From Intoshia linei (Eukaryota > Animalia > Orthonectida), in NCBI GenBank assembly GCA_001642005.1, contig LWCA01000150.1, positions 1-47,105 of the forward strand: a stretch of DNA of 47,105 bases, read 5' to 3'. The position numbers were made by a program, and so were the translations under genes. Shown one piece after another: positions 11,701 to 24,200 of the stretch. The first letter of the stretch is position 1. Each line of letters begins with the position of its first letter. The notes beneath the pieces are model-generated. The model saw only the letters and a program-made list of their open reading frames with translations, had not been told where the DNA came from and did no database searches.

Positions 11701-13742
11701 TGAACAAAACTTTGAAAAAGACTTTACAATCTTAACTTTAGAAAATATAATTTTTTTAATGTAGAATAATCGGAAAATAGGATACTTTGGCTCAAGGGTC
11801 CTGGTTGAGGACCATTATTATAAATATGAATATATTAATTTCATACATTAAATTTACACATATACACATAAATTAACATATATAATTTAGATGGTCTGGC
11901 GATTTAAAATTAACTGAATCAAATCAATATTCACAATATTTTAGTTTACTTATCAATTCAAAGGTATATATCAAAATTAATATTCCCTTGTACATATTTT
12001 ACCATATATTTAGTCTACTAAATATTCCATTGATACAATCAATATTGGTGATTTGAATTGGGGAAATATTTTCAGGCATCTTCCAATATATACGGTTTAT
12101 GCAATATATCATTACACGGTGCAACAAAATGAAAATTTTTTCCAGATTACCTAATAATTTTAATTTAGTATTGACCTATTCATTACAAGGATTAGAATGA
12201 TATATTATATTACATTTTTACAGTTCGTTAAACTCATATTATATATACGTGAAAAGTGTATATTTTGACCAAAAAAAAGTTTTATATGGATGTATAAATA
12301 ATGTATAAATATGTAAAATCTGAGTTAAAAAAATTTTCGTCAATTTATAAATTATTTTGAGTTGGCTTTTCTATTCTATAATTTTTATTTTATTTTTGTC
12401 ATCAGAAATCATTAAAATCATTGACCACTTCATTAAAATGACCATTCAAACAGGTATTTTTTGAGATAACTTAATAAAATTTAAAAATATTGAAGGTTCT
12501 ACATGTATTCATTAGTTATCTTTTACAATTAATTGGTCGGTTGTTCAGATTAGCCGCCATAGAAAAATTTTATTTAAAAATATTGAAGTAAGACAAATCA
12601 AATCGTTGGAATATTGTTATGTTTTATTAAAATTTTATATTAATCATATTAATATAAATACATATTAATGTTTTATAGAGATCCACCACAAAAAATCTCA
12701 AAATTTCATATTATTTTAAATTAGTAATGCAAAAAAAATTAATTTGGGTATTGATGTAAATATCTAGAATTTTAAAAGTGGAATAACTTTTGAAGACGAT
12801 CTCGAAAGAAAAATCTAAAAAAAACAACCGCCTATCTGAACAGAGAGGATTATAATAATATTTTTTTATGTTAGATTTTTTAGTGTTGCACCATGTTTTA
12901 TTATTAAAGTCTAATAATAATTATTATATCTTTATTATTTTTAATGAATAGATATATTATAAATTATAATATATCTGTATTATTACATACTTACATCTTA
13001 AACTTATACCATACATCTTAAAAACCCCCTTGAAAGTTAGGTTCAAAAAAAAATCTTAAAAAACCCCTTGAAAGTATGGTTCAAAAAAATCTTAAAAACC
13101 ACCTTGAAAGTTCTATTCAAAATAATTCCTAAAAACCCCTCTTGAAAGTTCTGTTCAAAAAAATTCCTAAAAACCATTCAAAAGTTTAGTCAAAAAAAAA
13201 TTTCTAAGAAACGCCCCTAAAATTTGGTTCAAAAAAAAATGCAAAAAAACCACCCCTTAAGTTTAGTTCAAAAAAATTTATTAAACCTAAAATTAAAATA
13301 TAAATGAAATTTGATGAAATACACATTCTACGACTTGCCCGTGGAATGTGTACATTTCACAGTTGTACACATTCTATGCAACATATATATTTGAATTACC
13401 AGTCCTGAGTGCCATCTGAGTTGCTTTGGTATAATAGCTTCCGGTACTAGCCATTGTTAATGTAGACTTGTGTCTGTAAAATTTTTTTTAAAGTTTAACT
13501 CTATCTCGCCATTCCAAATAAATCTCCCGCTACCCACTTTTGAGAGCAGTGCACTTTAGTATCTGTAATGTATTGTTGTTACTTATCTGATGTAATCAAT
13601 ATTTTTAATTTTTTTATTTAGATAAACCAAATAGCAAAACCTAAAACGCCAGATATAATAAAAATGGAAAAGGTAAAATTATCATTATTTTACTATTTTA
13701 TAGGGTTCCAAGACATTTAATTTAATTTTAAATTGGACATAA
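2701..13742 (+). CDS. WDR64: WD40-repeat protein 64, multi-exon, 5' part not identified in the window. Predicted exons: 2701-2807, 3776-3945, 3988-4115, 4295-4379, 5147-5235, 6191-6550, 8055-8219, 8256-8388, 8604-8729, 9058-9236, ~9273-9375, ~9448-9494, ~9544-9668, 10261-10371, ~10427-10509, 11891-11962, ~12014-12094, 13622-13671, 13704-13742
   Basis: Phase-compatible GT-AG splicing gives KGVNCIVYSLKSNLIFTGGIDKIIRVWHPH..GKLYGHLFTI..NESDQHLISLSTARIFHVWDIHT..LQVF..IYSIIF..GSSVID..PHTHD..QVVTICTESIIKVW..FRAH..VTASVDGSVRIW..IGFYGQ..YPLKF..W..IFRHLPIY..KPKTP. This is collinear with WDR64 as I recall it. The C-terminal exon choice is less certain. Confidence 0.85.
2825..3765 (-). mobile_element. 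Non-autonomous Helitron, 3' part, interrupted by a MITE
   Basis: On the minus strand it ends CTAG followed by T (2825-2828). A subterminal hairpin with consensus CTGTTTGTAC-tac-GTACAAACAG lies about 8 nt from the end. Homologous copies at 45734, 46313, 5430 and (inverted) 34880-35244. Confidence 0.75.
3127..3667. mobile_element. TAGGG-terminated (hATm-type) MITE inserted in the Helitron
   Basis: TIRs tagggtgtgaa / ttcacacccc-ta. Internal IR aaaaaaaccctggggca / tgccccagggttttttt. 8-bp TSD gtgtgtat (3119-3126) / atgtgtat (3668-3675). The empty site is visible in other Helitron copies. Confidence 0.85.
4819..5108. mobile_element. hAT-type MITE
   Basis: cagtgtttcccaa ... ttgagtatcactg ends with ggtccgc motifs. 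Left end resembles 44632. Confidence 0.55.
5430..6045 (-). mobile_element. Helitron family copy, internally deleted
   Basis: Hairpin actgttatgtactacgtataaaca, then the segment shared with 3090-3760, then the segment shared with 7200-7490. Confidence 0.7.
7060..8003 (-). mobile_element. Helitron family copy, 5' part
   Basis: Shares segments with 5700-6040, 35281-35640, 37886-38430 and (inverted) 33990-34830. The minus strand begins A|TCCTTACTTATATCAAATGCTTTGTTTGTATGTG, a Helitron-like 5' TC end. Confidence 0.7.
8433..8556. mobile_element. 124-bp hAT MITE
   Basis: TIRs cagcgtttcccc / gggaaacattg. 8-bp TSD ttgtaaat / atgtaaat. Confidence 0.8.
13013..13280. repeat. ~37-bp minisatellite, about 7 degenerate units
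   Basis: Unit is approximately atcttaaaaacccccttgaaagttaggttcaaaaaaa, repeated in tandem. Confidence 0.9.
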
Positions 13743-14139
13743 AAATACAAAATCGTGTATGGGATCTATAAGTAAAGTTTTAAAAAAATTTAGAAATCTT
13801 TTCATGTTTATGCTATATGCACTATGCATATTATAATAATTATTTATAGTTAACGGTTCACGTAATTAATGTATTGTTCAATTCTTTAGTTGGTGACGTA
13901 ACAGAATTATACAGAATATTGTATAGTTTATTAAACATTTTCATGATAAATACGTTTATTACTACGTTAAAATGCATCAATTTTTAAAATTATATTCATT
14001 AATTTACCGTTTATCGGTTAATTTTTCTTTATTTATTCTTTGTTTTTATCATAATCTAATTTGACTTAATATAAAAATATTTTATTAAAACTAAATTTTT
14101 TAAATTGGATTGGATTTTAAAATTTTTTTTTATATATAT

Positions 14140-14386
14140 CAGGGGTACTCAACATTTGGTACACAACTATCCAAGATACATGTGATCGAAAGATTGTTTC
14201 TTCCTGGATTAAAGTTTTATCCTAACATCAGTTAGGATATATATATTTGTTAAGAAATTGGCGTACTACTTTTGTATGAATAAATGTAAGTTAAATTTTT
14301 TAGAGAAGGATAAAACATTTAAAATTATTAAAAATATTAGGCGGACCAATTAAAATTTCAAAGGGGCCACAGGTTGAGAATCACTG
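14140..14386. mobile_element. hAT-type MITE
   Basis: caggggtactcaac ... gttgagaatcactg. Flanks atatatat / atatatca. Confidence 0.7.
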
Positions 14387-15173
14387 ATATATCATCAGGA
14401 TCAATTGATTTACTTTTTTAAAAATTGTTCAGTTTTGGTACTCTTTAGAGACTTTTTGAAAACTATTTTGGCATCGCCATCGTATAAAATAAACATGAGC
14501 TAGAGTTAAAATAAATTAAACAAATATTACAACTAATTAGATTAATTCACCTAAAAAAATTTGACATTAAAAAAGTTGCCCGAGACAATATCCTTTTATA
14601 TATGTTTATTTTTTTTTGTACTAATATTATTTTTGATTATTTTTAAAAAATTAAAAATTTGACTCCAACCGCATTGATTACTTGTATGGCATACATTGTA
14701 TGTGTCACATGACATGGTAAATATTTAAAGGGAAACGTTATCGTGATATCCCTAAATAGTGGTAAATAAATATGTAATTTAAATGAAACATTGATAATAA
14801 TTACACATACAAATATAGAAAAGTGAAATTAAGAAAGTGGCTACGATAATGGTTAAAACAAAAAAGACGTTCAAAAATGTTCAAAATGAAAACTCAGTAA
14901 AACTATTAATTATAATAATTTAGTTATTTTAGATTTTTAATAATAAATTGCCAAGTATTAGAGCAATAATTATGAAATAGTATTTGTGATATATTTGAAA
15001 TGATAATTTAATTAATTAATAAATGTTATATATAAAGTTATTTTTTTCTATTTCGATTGTAAAATCGATTTTCTGGAGTAGTGGATCTCAAAAGATGTGT
15101 CGTAAATAGTATTATAACTTAAAAATAATGATTTTAAAATCTCTTAAAGTTATAAATAGTAAATTATAATGTA

Positions 15174-15300
15174 CAGTGGAATCCGCTTATAAGAGACACC
15201 GGTTATAAGAGATGTCCGGATATAAGGGACAAAAAGCTAGGAACGGAATCAAACGCTTGTTTTGTATATAAATCACAGATAGCTTATAGTGGACAGTATA
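15174..15300 (+). mobile_element. pogo/Tigger-like (Tc1/mariner) terminal fragment
   Basis: TA|CAGTGGAATCCGCTTATAAG start with three repeated TATAAG(A/G)GA subterminal motifs. Similar right-end remnants at ~21467-21479 (gaggttccactgta) and ~31833-31845. Confidence 0.6.
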
Positions 15301-15874
15301 TAACAGTATACAAAAGTGCGTTAAAATTTTACAGCCAAATAAATATTTTTATGATTGTGCGTTTCTATGAATAATTGTTATAGTAATATACAAATAGTTA
15401 CACTAAAAATTAATATACAGAATGTTTCGATTATGAATAATGTACAACGTAAAATTTTAGTTTATTTGGAGTTAAATGTAGAGTCAAAATTACATATCTA
15501 TGATTGCAAAAAATATTTTTGGCTTAAAATTGTTTCTAAATAAACTAAAATTTAACGTGGTACATTATTCATAATCGAAACATTACTGTATCATGTAAAT
15601 TGCAATAATAAAATTCAATTTTTTATTTTACTTTTATTTTTAGTAAAATAAATAATGAAACATGTAAATAGAAATCCACAATCGTGCAGAGCTTTTGTAA
15701 TTGATCATGATGATAAAATCTAGATTCTAAAATAAATTACATTTTATTAATAACTTTAAAATGTGAATTTAATAATCACAGATATGATAAACTAAATGAA
15801 AAATGTATGATTTATTTAACGAAACAAATTATATTAACAATGTGTAAATTTAAATAAATTGAAGAATTTATTTT

Positions 15875-18800
15875 TCATATATCAGTAGATCGTTTAAAAG
15901 GAAATTTATTATTTTGAGAAACTGAGAGAATATTATTTTGAACCATAGAATTCAATGAAGTAAAAACATTTGAATTTTTAAGATAATTGACATTATCGTT
16001 AAAATTTTGCAGTTCCTGGGTATATATTGAATTGAACAAATTATTATTAATAGCATCTCTTTCTTTGGCATAATCATCAAACTTTACAAAGGCAGTATCT
16101 TTTTCAACAGAATGCTTACGAATATGAGTAAATAATTCGTTTGGATCTAAAAAAGTGTCAGTGCATCGATTACCATAAGCATTAACCCATGAACAGTAAT
16201 ATTGACAAGTTTCATTTTTAGAAATTTGTTTCGCAGAATCCGTATATGACATTGAAGCATTAGGATTTGAGTTGATTTTATTTTCTGATTGTTCATTCCA
16301 ATTTGGAAGAAATTGAGGTTTTTGGTTAACGTCCATGATTCTGTTGGTATTTAAATTTTTAATACTTTCCAAATAAATTTTAAAAAATTGATTTGAATTT
16401 GAATTTGAACTTAAATTTAAATTTGGTGTATTTTTGCTGAAATTGTATTTTTGTTCATCTGTAGACATTTTTCTCAATTCATTAATATTGCAATTACTAC
16501 CATTTTCATTATATACATTAGCGTCATCATTCATGATATAATTTGGTTTTAACGATTCAAGTTTTGTGTTGTAAATATTGACAAAGTTGTACAATTCTTG
16601 TTGTAATTTTGAAGCCAATGGTTTATATATAGGGTTTAATTTTGCTAATGCCATATAATGCGAAGTACAAATTGCCAAATTTGAATAAGTTTCATTCAAT
16701 TTTTGTTCAGCGTTATTCCAAAATTTTGAATCACCATCATGCTTTTTTGTAAATTGAGAAAAATTTAATTTTTCAATTTGAGATTGAGATTGAGCTTGGG
16801 GGTAAATTTCAACATTTTTAGCTTTGTTAATTTCACTAAAAAATAATCTATTGTAAACATTAGAGTTTGATAATCCTTGGGATCCAGAATAATTTGAAAA
16901 GTTTTTTAATATGTTTACATATTCTCTATTTTGATTATATTTTTTGAAAAAGTCATAGTTATCTTCACTTAATTTGTTGGTTGACTTTTTTTTTGAATCT
17001 TCAATTTTTAATATTTTACTCATTGGTTCAACTTCATTTAAATTTGCTTCGCGTTTTAAGTATTTACCGTTTTGTTTATCTAGATTTGATGAATATTTAT
17101 CCATTTCTTTATCTATATCAATTTTAACATGTTTTTCAACATTTTCAATTTTTTTTATTGGTCGGTTTGAATTCAATTTTTCTACTGTCAATTTTCCATT
17201 ATTTTTTTTATTTTTTCCAATACTTTGAATTGCCTGCTCTAGTAGACTTATGTGGCATTCTTTGGTAACCTAAAAATTAGATAAATTAAAATTAAGGATA
17301 TTAATATGCAAAATAATTTTAAGAAATAGTTTTGTAAAAATAAAATTAAAGATTAAGAAAATGGTATATGACCTACTTTTAATGGGGACCTAGTAAATTA
17401 AATATAATTTAATTTTTAGTTTTTTATCTAAACTACGGTCCCAGATGGCTTTCCCGGTATATATATCAAAGTTTTAAATAAAACAACACAGTCGAATATA
17501 TTTATATATATTACGATGATATTGAAAAGTGTTTTTAATAGTTTTTATTATGGTTTTGTTTTGGCGTTTAAAAAAGCAAATAAATGTAGAAACTTTATCT
17601 AACGTTTTGAAAATTATAGCAGAAACCTGAAGATAGTCATAATACAACCAAAATTTTATATATCCTAAATATACAAATAAAATAAATGATTCTATGAATT
17701 TTAACATAAAATATATTATTATTAATACAAAATAACAATCAGTGTATTTTAATTTTCATTTTAATAATTAAATTTAATTTTAAATTAATCTTCTTATATT
17801 GGTTCAAAACAAGAAAAAGTTTAATAAACGCTGCTTTAGATCATAAGATTATAATTTTATCCAAAGTAAAATAAATTTAAATGGATTGAATAAGCGACAC
17901 ATTAATTATAATTGTAAATATCATAATGGTTACATTTTACATTTAAATATTAAATTAAAATAATTTATTAAAAACATTTTACGTAGGACTATAAATTTAC
18001 CACGAAAATACCTCCCAAAGATACTTAAAATGATTGATCAATAGCTATGAAAAAACTAAATTTTAATTACTACCATTCTCAAAATTAATCTTACTAAAGT
18101 TTAATAGTTAAATGATAGCTTATTGAACTCAATATAAATGTATATTCATGAATAACACAGTTAATGTCCCATGATTATAACGGTATATTTCTATTTATTA
18201 AATACAATTAAAAAGACAATAATTCATCGTAATCACCGTAAATTATTAATGACACCTATATAATGTATGCTAATTCTTTACATTTTAATGTATTTGCTAT
18301 TCATACTTAATCAACTTTAATGTTTGATAAAAGTAGGATGTGGTATATAACATGGATGAGAAACCTATGGCCCGCGAACTGATTTTATCCGACCCGCATA
18401 ATTATTTTTAAATTTTTTTTCATATTTATAGATTTTATTTTTTTATTAGATCCACTGTCTTTTTACTAAATACTATCAGTGGTTAGTTAATTTTTAAATT
18501 AGAAAGTGTCTGGTCCGTCAAATTATTAGAATCTACAATAAAAAAAATGAAATTAATTTTCAGAATTTATCATATATCATAACATGGCCCCTTAACATTA
18601 TAAGATTTCCTACCTCTGCTATAAAATTGTACAATATACCCATAAACTGTATACATGAATTAAGACATGATGACATTGTGTTATATAAACACTGAAATAA
18701 AGAAATAAACTTTAAATTTAAACTTTAAACGCCCAATAATATTGTATAATATACATTGAAATTGTACTGTTTAAAATTAAATTTAGAAAATATAATAATA

Positions 18801-18887
18801 TAATAATATATTTAGCTTTTAAATAATATTTAAAATTACAGTTTTATCTGCTGAATCAGGATTGATGTACATGGATTGCTCGCTCAT
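15875..18887 (-). CDS. NET-family (NocA/Elbow/TLP-1; ZNF503/ZNF703-like) single C2H2 zinc-finger transcriptional regulator, ~480 aa. Exons 18887-18840 and 17269-15875
   Basis: Exon 1 MSEQSMYINPDSADKT resembles the YLxPD/EY N-terminus. It is joined by a phase-0 GT-AG intron to VTKECHISLLEQAIQSIGK, a degenerate Sp motif (SPLALLAQTCSxIG). The finger YYCSWVNAYGNRCTDTFLDPNELFTHIRKH matches the atypical CxW-x6-7-C NET finger. The intron just before the Sp motif fits the family. Confidence 0.8.
18351..18618. mobile_element. hAT-type MITE; inverted partial relative at ~10620-10768
   Basis: catggatgagaaacc ... ttcctacctctg ends. ggcccgcgaactgattttatccgacccgcataat is reverse-complementary to attatgtgggccggatgaaatctgttcgcgggcc. 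Confidence 0.65.
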
Positions 18888-20515
18888 AACGAAACTTAAT
18901 CTAAAATGATTTTATAAAATGAAAACTAAATTTGAGGTAAAACACATTAAATCGGAAAATGTACATTTTTGTAATGTCAAATTTGATTAACGCATATTAT
19001 TGTTAAATATAATAAATTAATATTGTATGCTACTAAATTGCATGAAATTAGAATTATAAATAACCAAATAAATCAGACTCAATTCAAGACATTTGAATTT
19101 AGATAAAATTGTGGATTGATACGACTAAAATCAAGACAATGTGTCGTTTTTTTAAAACATTGTATAACATGCATTATACATGGTATTAATATATATTGAA
19201 TCATTAAAATAAATAATCAAACTTGAAAAAAGGTAACCTGTTGTACGAATATAAAATATTGAAACTTTGAAAATTTGAAATTTTTATCAATCCGAATATA
19301 GAATAAAACAAAACAAATGAAATAATTTTACATTTGTCAAAATAACAAACAGTACTATGAATATGACAAAAATGAATTAAATGTTACAATCAAGACATTG
19401 ACTAAAGTTTTTTGCGCAAAACTGTCAACATAATCTTGAAAATAATTTATTATAAGTCAAAAACGTCCAATATGAATCAAATTTTTATTTTTTGTTGATT
19501 AGTTGTCTTTTAACTGTCAATCAGAAATTACTTAAAATAGTAGTGGGTTAAATTGCTAATGCCTGTCAATCATTTCCATGTTGGAATATGAATTATAAAT
19601 AATTAGTGTATCCTTTTGCCATCCATTATTATTTATTGCTGTTGTGTAGACTGGATATATCATTACAAAATTTAAAATTCAATATCTTTTAGTAGTATTA
19701 ACACTAAATAATTACACTCAATTTTGATCCATTTTTACTCTTTGCACATGTCTATAAAAATTGATCTATTTAGTATAATGTAGTCGCAAGTTATTAGACA
19801 ATTTAATTCTAATCATACCTCTTGAGTATTTTCAAATTTACATGGCTTCGTTTTAAAACAATTTATAGTTTTGACAACTTGACGCTTAAATACACGCGAG
19901 ATTAGTCGGGATATCAAACATTTTACATTATTCATATTTAATAACAGCTTGCACATTTATGAAATATATATACATTTTTTTGAAATTTTTTTAATTTTCA
20001 ACTATAAACATTTCATTAATAATTTATTTTAAAATTAATAAAGAAATTAAAATTAATAATGAAATTAAATTAATGTAATATTTAATTATTTTGTTTGGTT
20101 TAATTTATTATTTATTACAATAAAATAAATATTTAATAATTTTCTAGCATAGTTTTTACAGATATTTACAAGTTAATATTATGCTCATTTATGAAATTAT
20201 GAAATTTAACAATCAATCGGGTTGGGAAGTACAGGTTTAAATGAATTACATTAGTCCATATAAAAAAAATAAAAAAAATTTAATTTATTTATTTTATTTT
20301 TTTTAAATTTTATTAATTGTTTAATCATTAGAGTAAGGTCGGAAACCAGCGGCCAGTGGCCAATAAGAAAATATTTTAAATTATCGACCGATAAAAACAT
20401 AGTAAAGCTTTGGAAACGCAAAAATAATTAAATATTTGATTCTTATATTAAATTTTAAATTAAAATGAAAATTATATGATACTAATTGATAATACAAATA
20501 ATTGATTGTCTAAGA

Positions 20516-21240
20516 CAGAGGTTCACAAACTTTTTCCACCATGGAACACTTGTCACACAAAAAATATGTGTGTGGACCACATAATTTTTTTAAAAAATCC
20601 TCTTAAACCTGAACACGTCACTAAGGTAATATTTTGATTTTTTTTATTATATATTCCTCCTTAAATGGAAAATTTTACATTAATTTTGACAAGGTAGCTT
20701 CAATGGCGTAATTAAAAAAATTCTTAATTTCAAACATACTTATTCCAAACTACCAGTGCCGTATGCGAGATCCTTCCACCAAGGGATTTCGACGAAATTT
20801 TTTTTAAAATGGAGGCTTTAATTTATTAAATTGTGCATTAAAAAAATTTGAGTGTTAAATTTAAAATGTCAACTCAAGACTCTTAGAAAGGTGGATAGGG
20901 TTTTATGACATTATAATTCGTTTCCAAAAATTTTTTAATGGGCTATTTTTCATTTTTGAAGTGGCGACGGGCTTGCTAGGTTCGATTCCAGAAACTACAA
21001 TCGAACTAAGTTAAATCGTTACATAGATTAAATTTAACGCATGTGAAAATTATTCACGTTATTCAGTAAATTTTCACTTTATGTTTGATTAAATGATGTT
21101 TACGTTCACTAATAATAATAAATAATCGATACAATTCTAATGTAGTATTATTATTGTTAAAAAAAGGTTATCTTCTTGTTATTTAAAATTTTTCTTCTGG
21201 ACCACCTATAATTTCCTGTGGACCACTTTGGGAACCACTG
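20516..21240. mobile_element. Non-autonomous hAT element
   Basis: TIRs cagaggttcacaaa / tttgggaaccactg. 8-bp TSD gtctaaga / gtataaga. Subterminal tggaccac motifs. Confidence 0.85.
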
Positions 21241-24200
21241 GTATAAGATATTATTAAAGTAAATTTTTGTATATTGATAGGTTGATAAAAGATTAATTAT
21301 TTTATATGACATAGTTACCCATGAATTTAGACACTTTATCATGATGAACATTTAGATTTTAATGTTTATGTCAAAAAAATTTACGGCCAATAACGGAATA
21401 TTTATATGAAAAATGCTAAAGATGAAGTTGTTTTGAATACTAATTAACGGAATCAACCAATATTGGAGGTTCCACTGTACTAGCACTGCTTCTCTTAAAT
21501 TAAAATTGAAATGTATTATGCGCAAATTTTTAAAAACGGGGCCCATTTATCTTTTTGATATAAAAAAGTGGCCCACGAGATGCAAAAGGTTGCCCCTGCA
21601 TTAGACTCTAATGATTAGAGTATACATGGGAGGTAATTTAGACATGAATACATTGGTGAAAAAAATAAAATTTAGATTTTTAAAGTGTATTACAGTTATT
21701 ATTTATTTGTAGTTTCAGTTAGGACAAAAGTGACAATTTTAAATTTTATTTATATGAAAGATTTTATGAAAATTTTATTTGCATTAAATTACACCTTGGA
21801 ATCTTATGATCTATTAAACCCTTCAATCAAAAGTTCAAATATTGAAAATAATATTTATATTATTCTTTTAACAATAATTTCATCACACTAAAGCTGTTCT
21901 GCTGTCAAAAAATGTCTAATTTATATTCAGAGTATGTCAGTTTTAAGCTTTGGTTGTATTATATGCATGTAAATTTTTTATATATGTTTCCCTTATTTGC
22001 GATAATTATAATAATGTCATTAAACTATTTCTAAAATTTGACATAACTAAATATACTTTTCAAAATTATGTATATATTTAAATAATGAAACTGTCAGTTT
22101 CTTGGTTAAGTTTTAGTCAGGCATTAAATAATATTCAAATTATTGTTTCAAAATAAAAAAAATTATATTATAATACATATTTACATAGTACAACATTTAT
22201 CGAAGAATTTTAATACAGATTAACTAAATACATATTTTTTTGTAGAATTTTCTCGTGATTCGAGTGATGTGGATCGCTTCATCAAGTTAGAGCGACGCGC
22301 CGGGATAAAATATAATAAGAACTATTAATATTTATTAATTATTACATGAAAGTTGTCTTCATTTTTATTTTAAATTTATTTTTTTTATGTTTTTTTATAT
22401 ATATTTCCATAAAATATTTACATTATTTATATAGCTTAATGGGTCTATTTTATATTACGTAATATAAATCATTAAGTTTAAATACACAAACTACACAGAG
22501 TAAGACAAAACTTAAATAATTTTTTAAATTGAATAAAAGATTTCATAAAATTAATATTAACGACAACTTTATTCATTTATATTAAAAAAGAATCAATTCT
22601 TATCGGTTAATTTTATTTGCCTTATAGCCAACAAAGACTTTGTGAAAGTCAATCTAACTCATCACATTAATTTGGACTATTCTTCATGGAATTGTTTATG
22701 GATTTTAATACAATTAATTTGGTTAAAATGTTTCTTTTAGTGTTTTAGTGTGTTATTATGAAATAATAAATAATAATAAAAATGGTTAATTTTTTTTCAA
22801 TATTAGTTTTGTCAAAATGTCTTTCATTCTAAATAAAAATATCCGGGGAGGTCGAAAAAAAATCTGAAATTGTTGAACAGTGTTATTCGTTATTTATTTC
22901 ATATATTTTTCTTTATTTATTAACATATATTGAATTTGTAAATAAATTAGTTTTATGTTAGTTATGTTATATAACTTATACTAGCTTGATAAACTATTTT
23001 CTCTAAAACTAAAACTATTTTGAAAAGCTTTCGAATATATTATATACAAAGAGCATTAACATAAATCGAAACCTAAAAAACTGTACCAAGAAAGATTCTT
23101 TGATTTCACTGCGTTCCCTTTTTTAATCAATATTACAAACGCTTATACCTATTTTCACTAGTTTAAGAATATTTTAAGGTTAATAGTCAATACATTTACT
23201 ACTTTAATGTATTTGAATGCAGTAAATTCTCATATTGGCAGAATTTATTAAAAAAATATTAAATCATTATTGTCTATTATTAACATAATTCACTCATACT
23301 TATGAGTGATTTTGCTTTTTTCTGGGAGTTGAATAAGATCTGGTTTAATGCTACTTGTTGCATTAATTAAATTTAAATTATTCGAAATTTTTAATTTCAC
23401 TCACGGACCGTAAAAATTTATAAGAGGGCCACATTTTGCCCATATATACGCTAAGACATTGCAATAAAATAGATGAATAAATTAATACAATTAAATGTAT
23501 AATATTTATATAATTTAATTTACCGTTATAACTTTAAAAAAAATTTACCAATAAAAATAATTTTACCGGTAATTTTTATCGATTGTTAACCCTAGTTACA
23601 GCTAATTCATTGTATCTATCCTGGAAATTAGAAGATAAATATAATTTGGTATAACTTGTACGTATTTTTCGAAATATAGCATTAATTTTTAATTATCTTT
23701 AATTGATATGCATGATCTTAATCGAATCATTGATATCTGTTAATATAATCTTGCAGTTTAGGTCTGATAGTAATGATAATCAATTTATTTTTGAATATTT
23801 AATAATAAAAAGATTATATTATATATATAATAATATATTATTAGTATTAATAATATACTATATATATACGAATTCGCAGTCGGCCGCACTTAAATTCGAA
23901 ACGGATCGCAAGTTTGACATGGCAATATACCTAATGTAAATGTACATAGTATATTTATATATTATATGCTTTCTTAATTGACTCAACAAAATTAATATCC
24001 GACCAAATCTGGTTATTTGGAAAATGACGATATAGGATGACACAAAACGGTCATACCAATTCATTATAAATTAATTATATCATATTAAAACATCACATTC
24101 TCTTTCATAACGTTTAGTTATAAATGTTTTGACACTAAACACGAAACTTTTAATCCAATATAAATATATAATGTAACATGCAATAATGACATTGTGAATT

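Noticed and set aside
13013-13280. Possible CRISPR array (also 44780-45090)
   Set aside because: Units are contiguous and degenerate with no unique spacers. The context is eukaryotic and there are no cas genes.
20960-20995. tRNA-like B box GGTTCGATTCC
   Set aside because: No cloverleaf or properly spaced A box. It lies inside a hAT element.
15355-24064. Short ORFs at 15355, 17474, 21157, 21352, 21685, 23703 and 23858 (also 3084, 30479, 33991)
   Set aside because: I/F/K/N/Y-rich chance ORFs in AT-rich intronic, intergenic or TE sequence.
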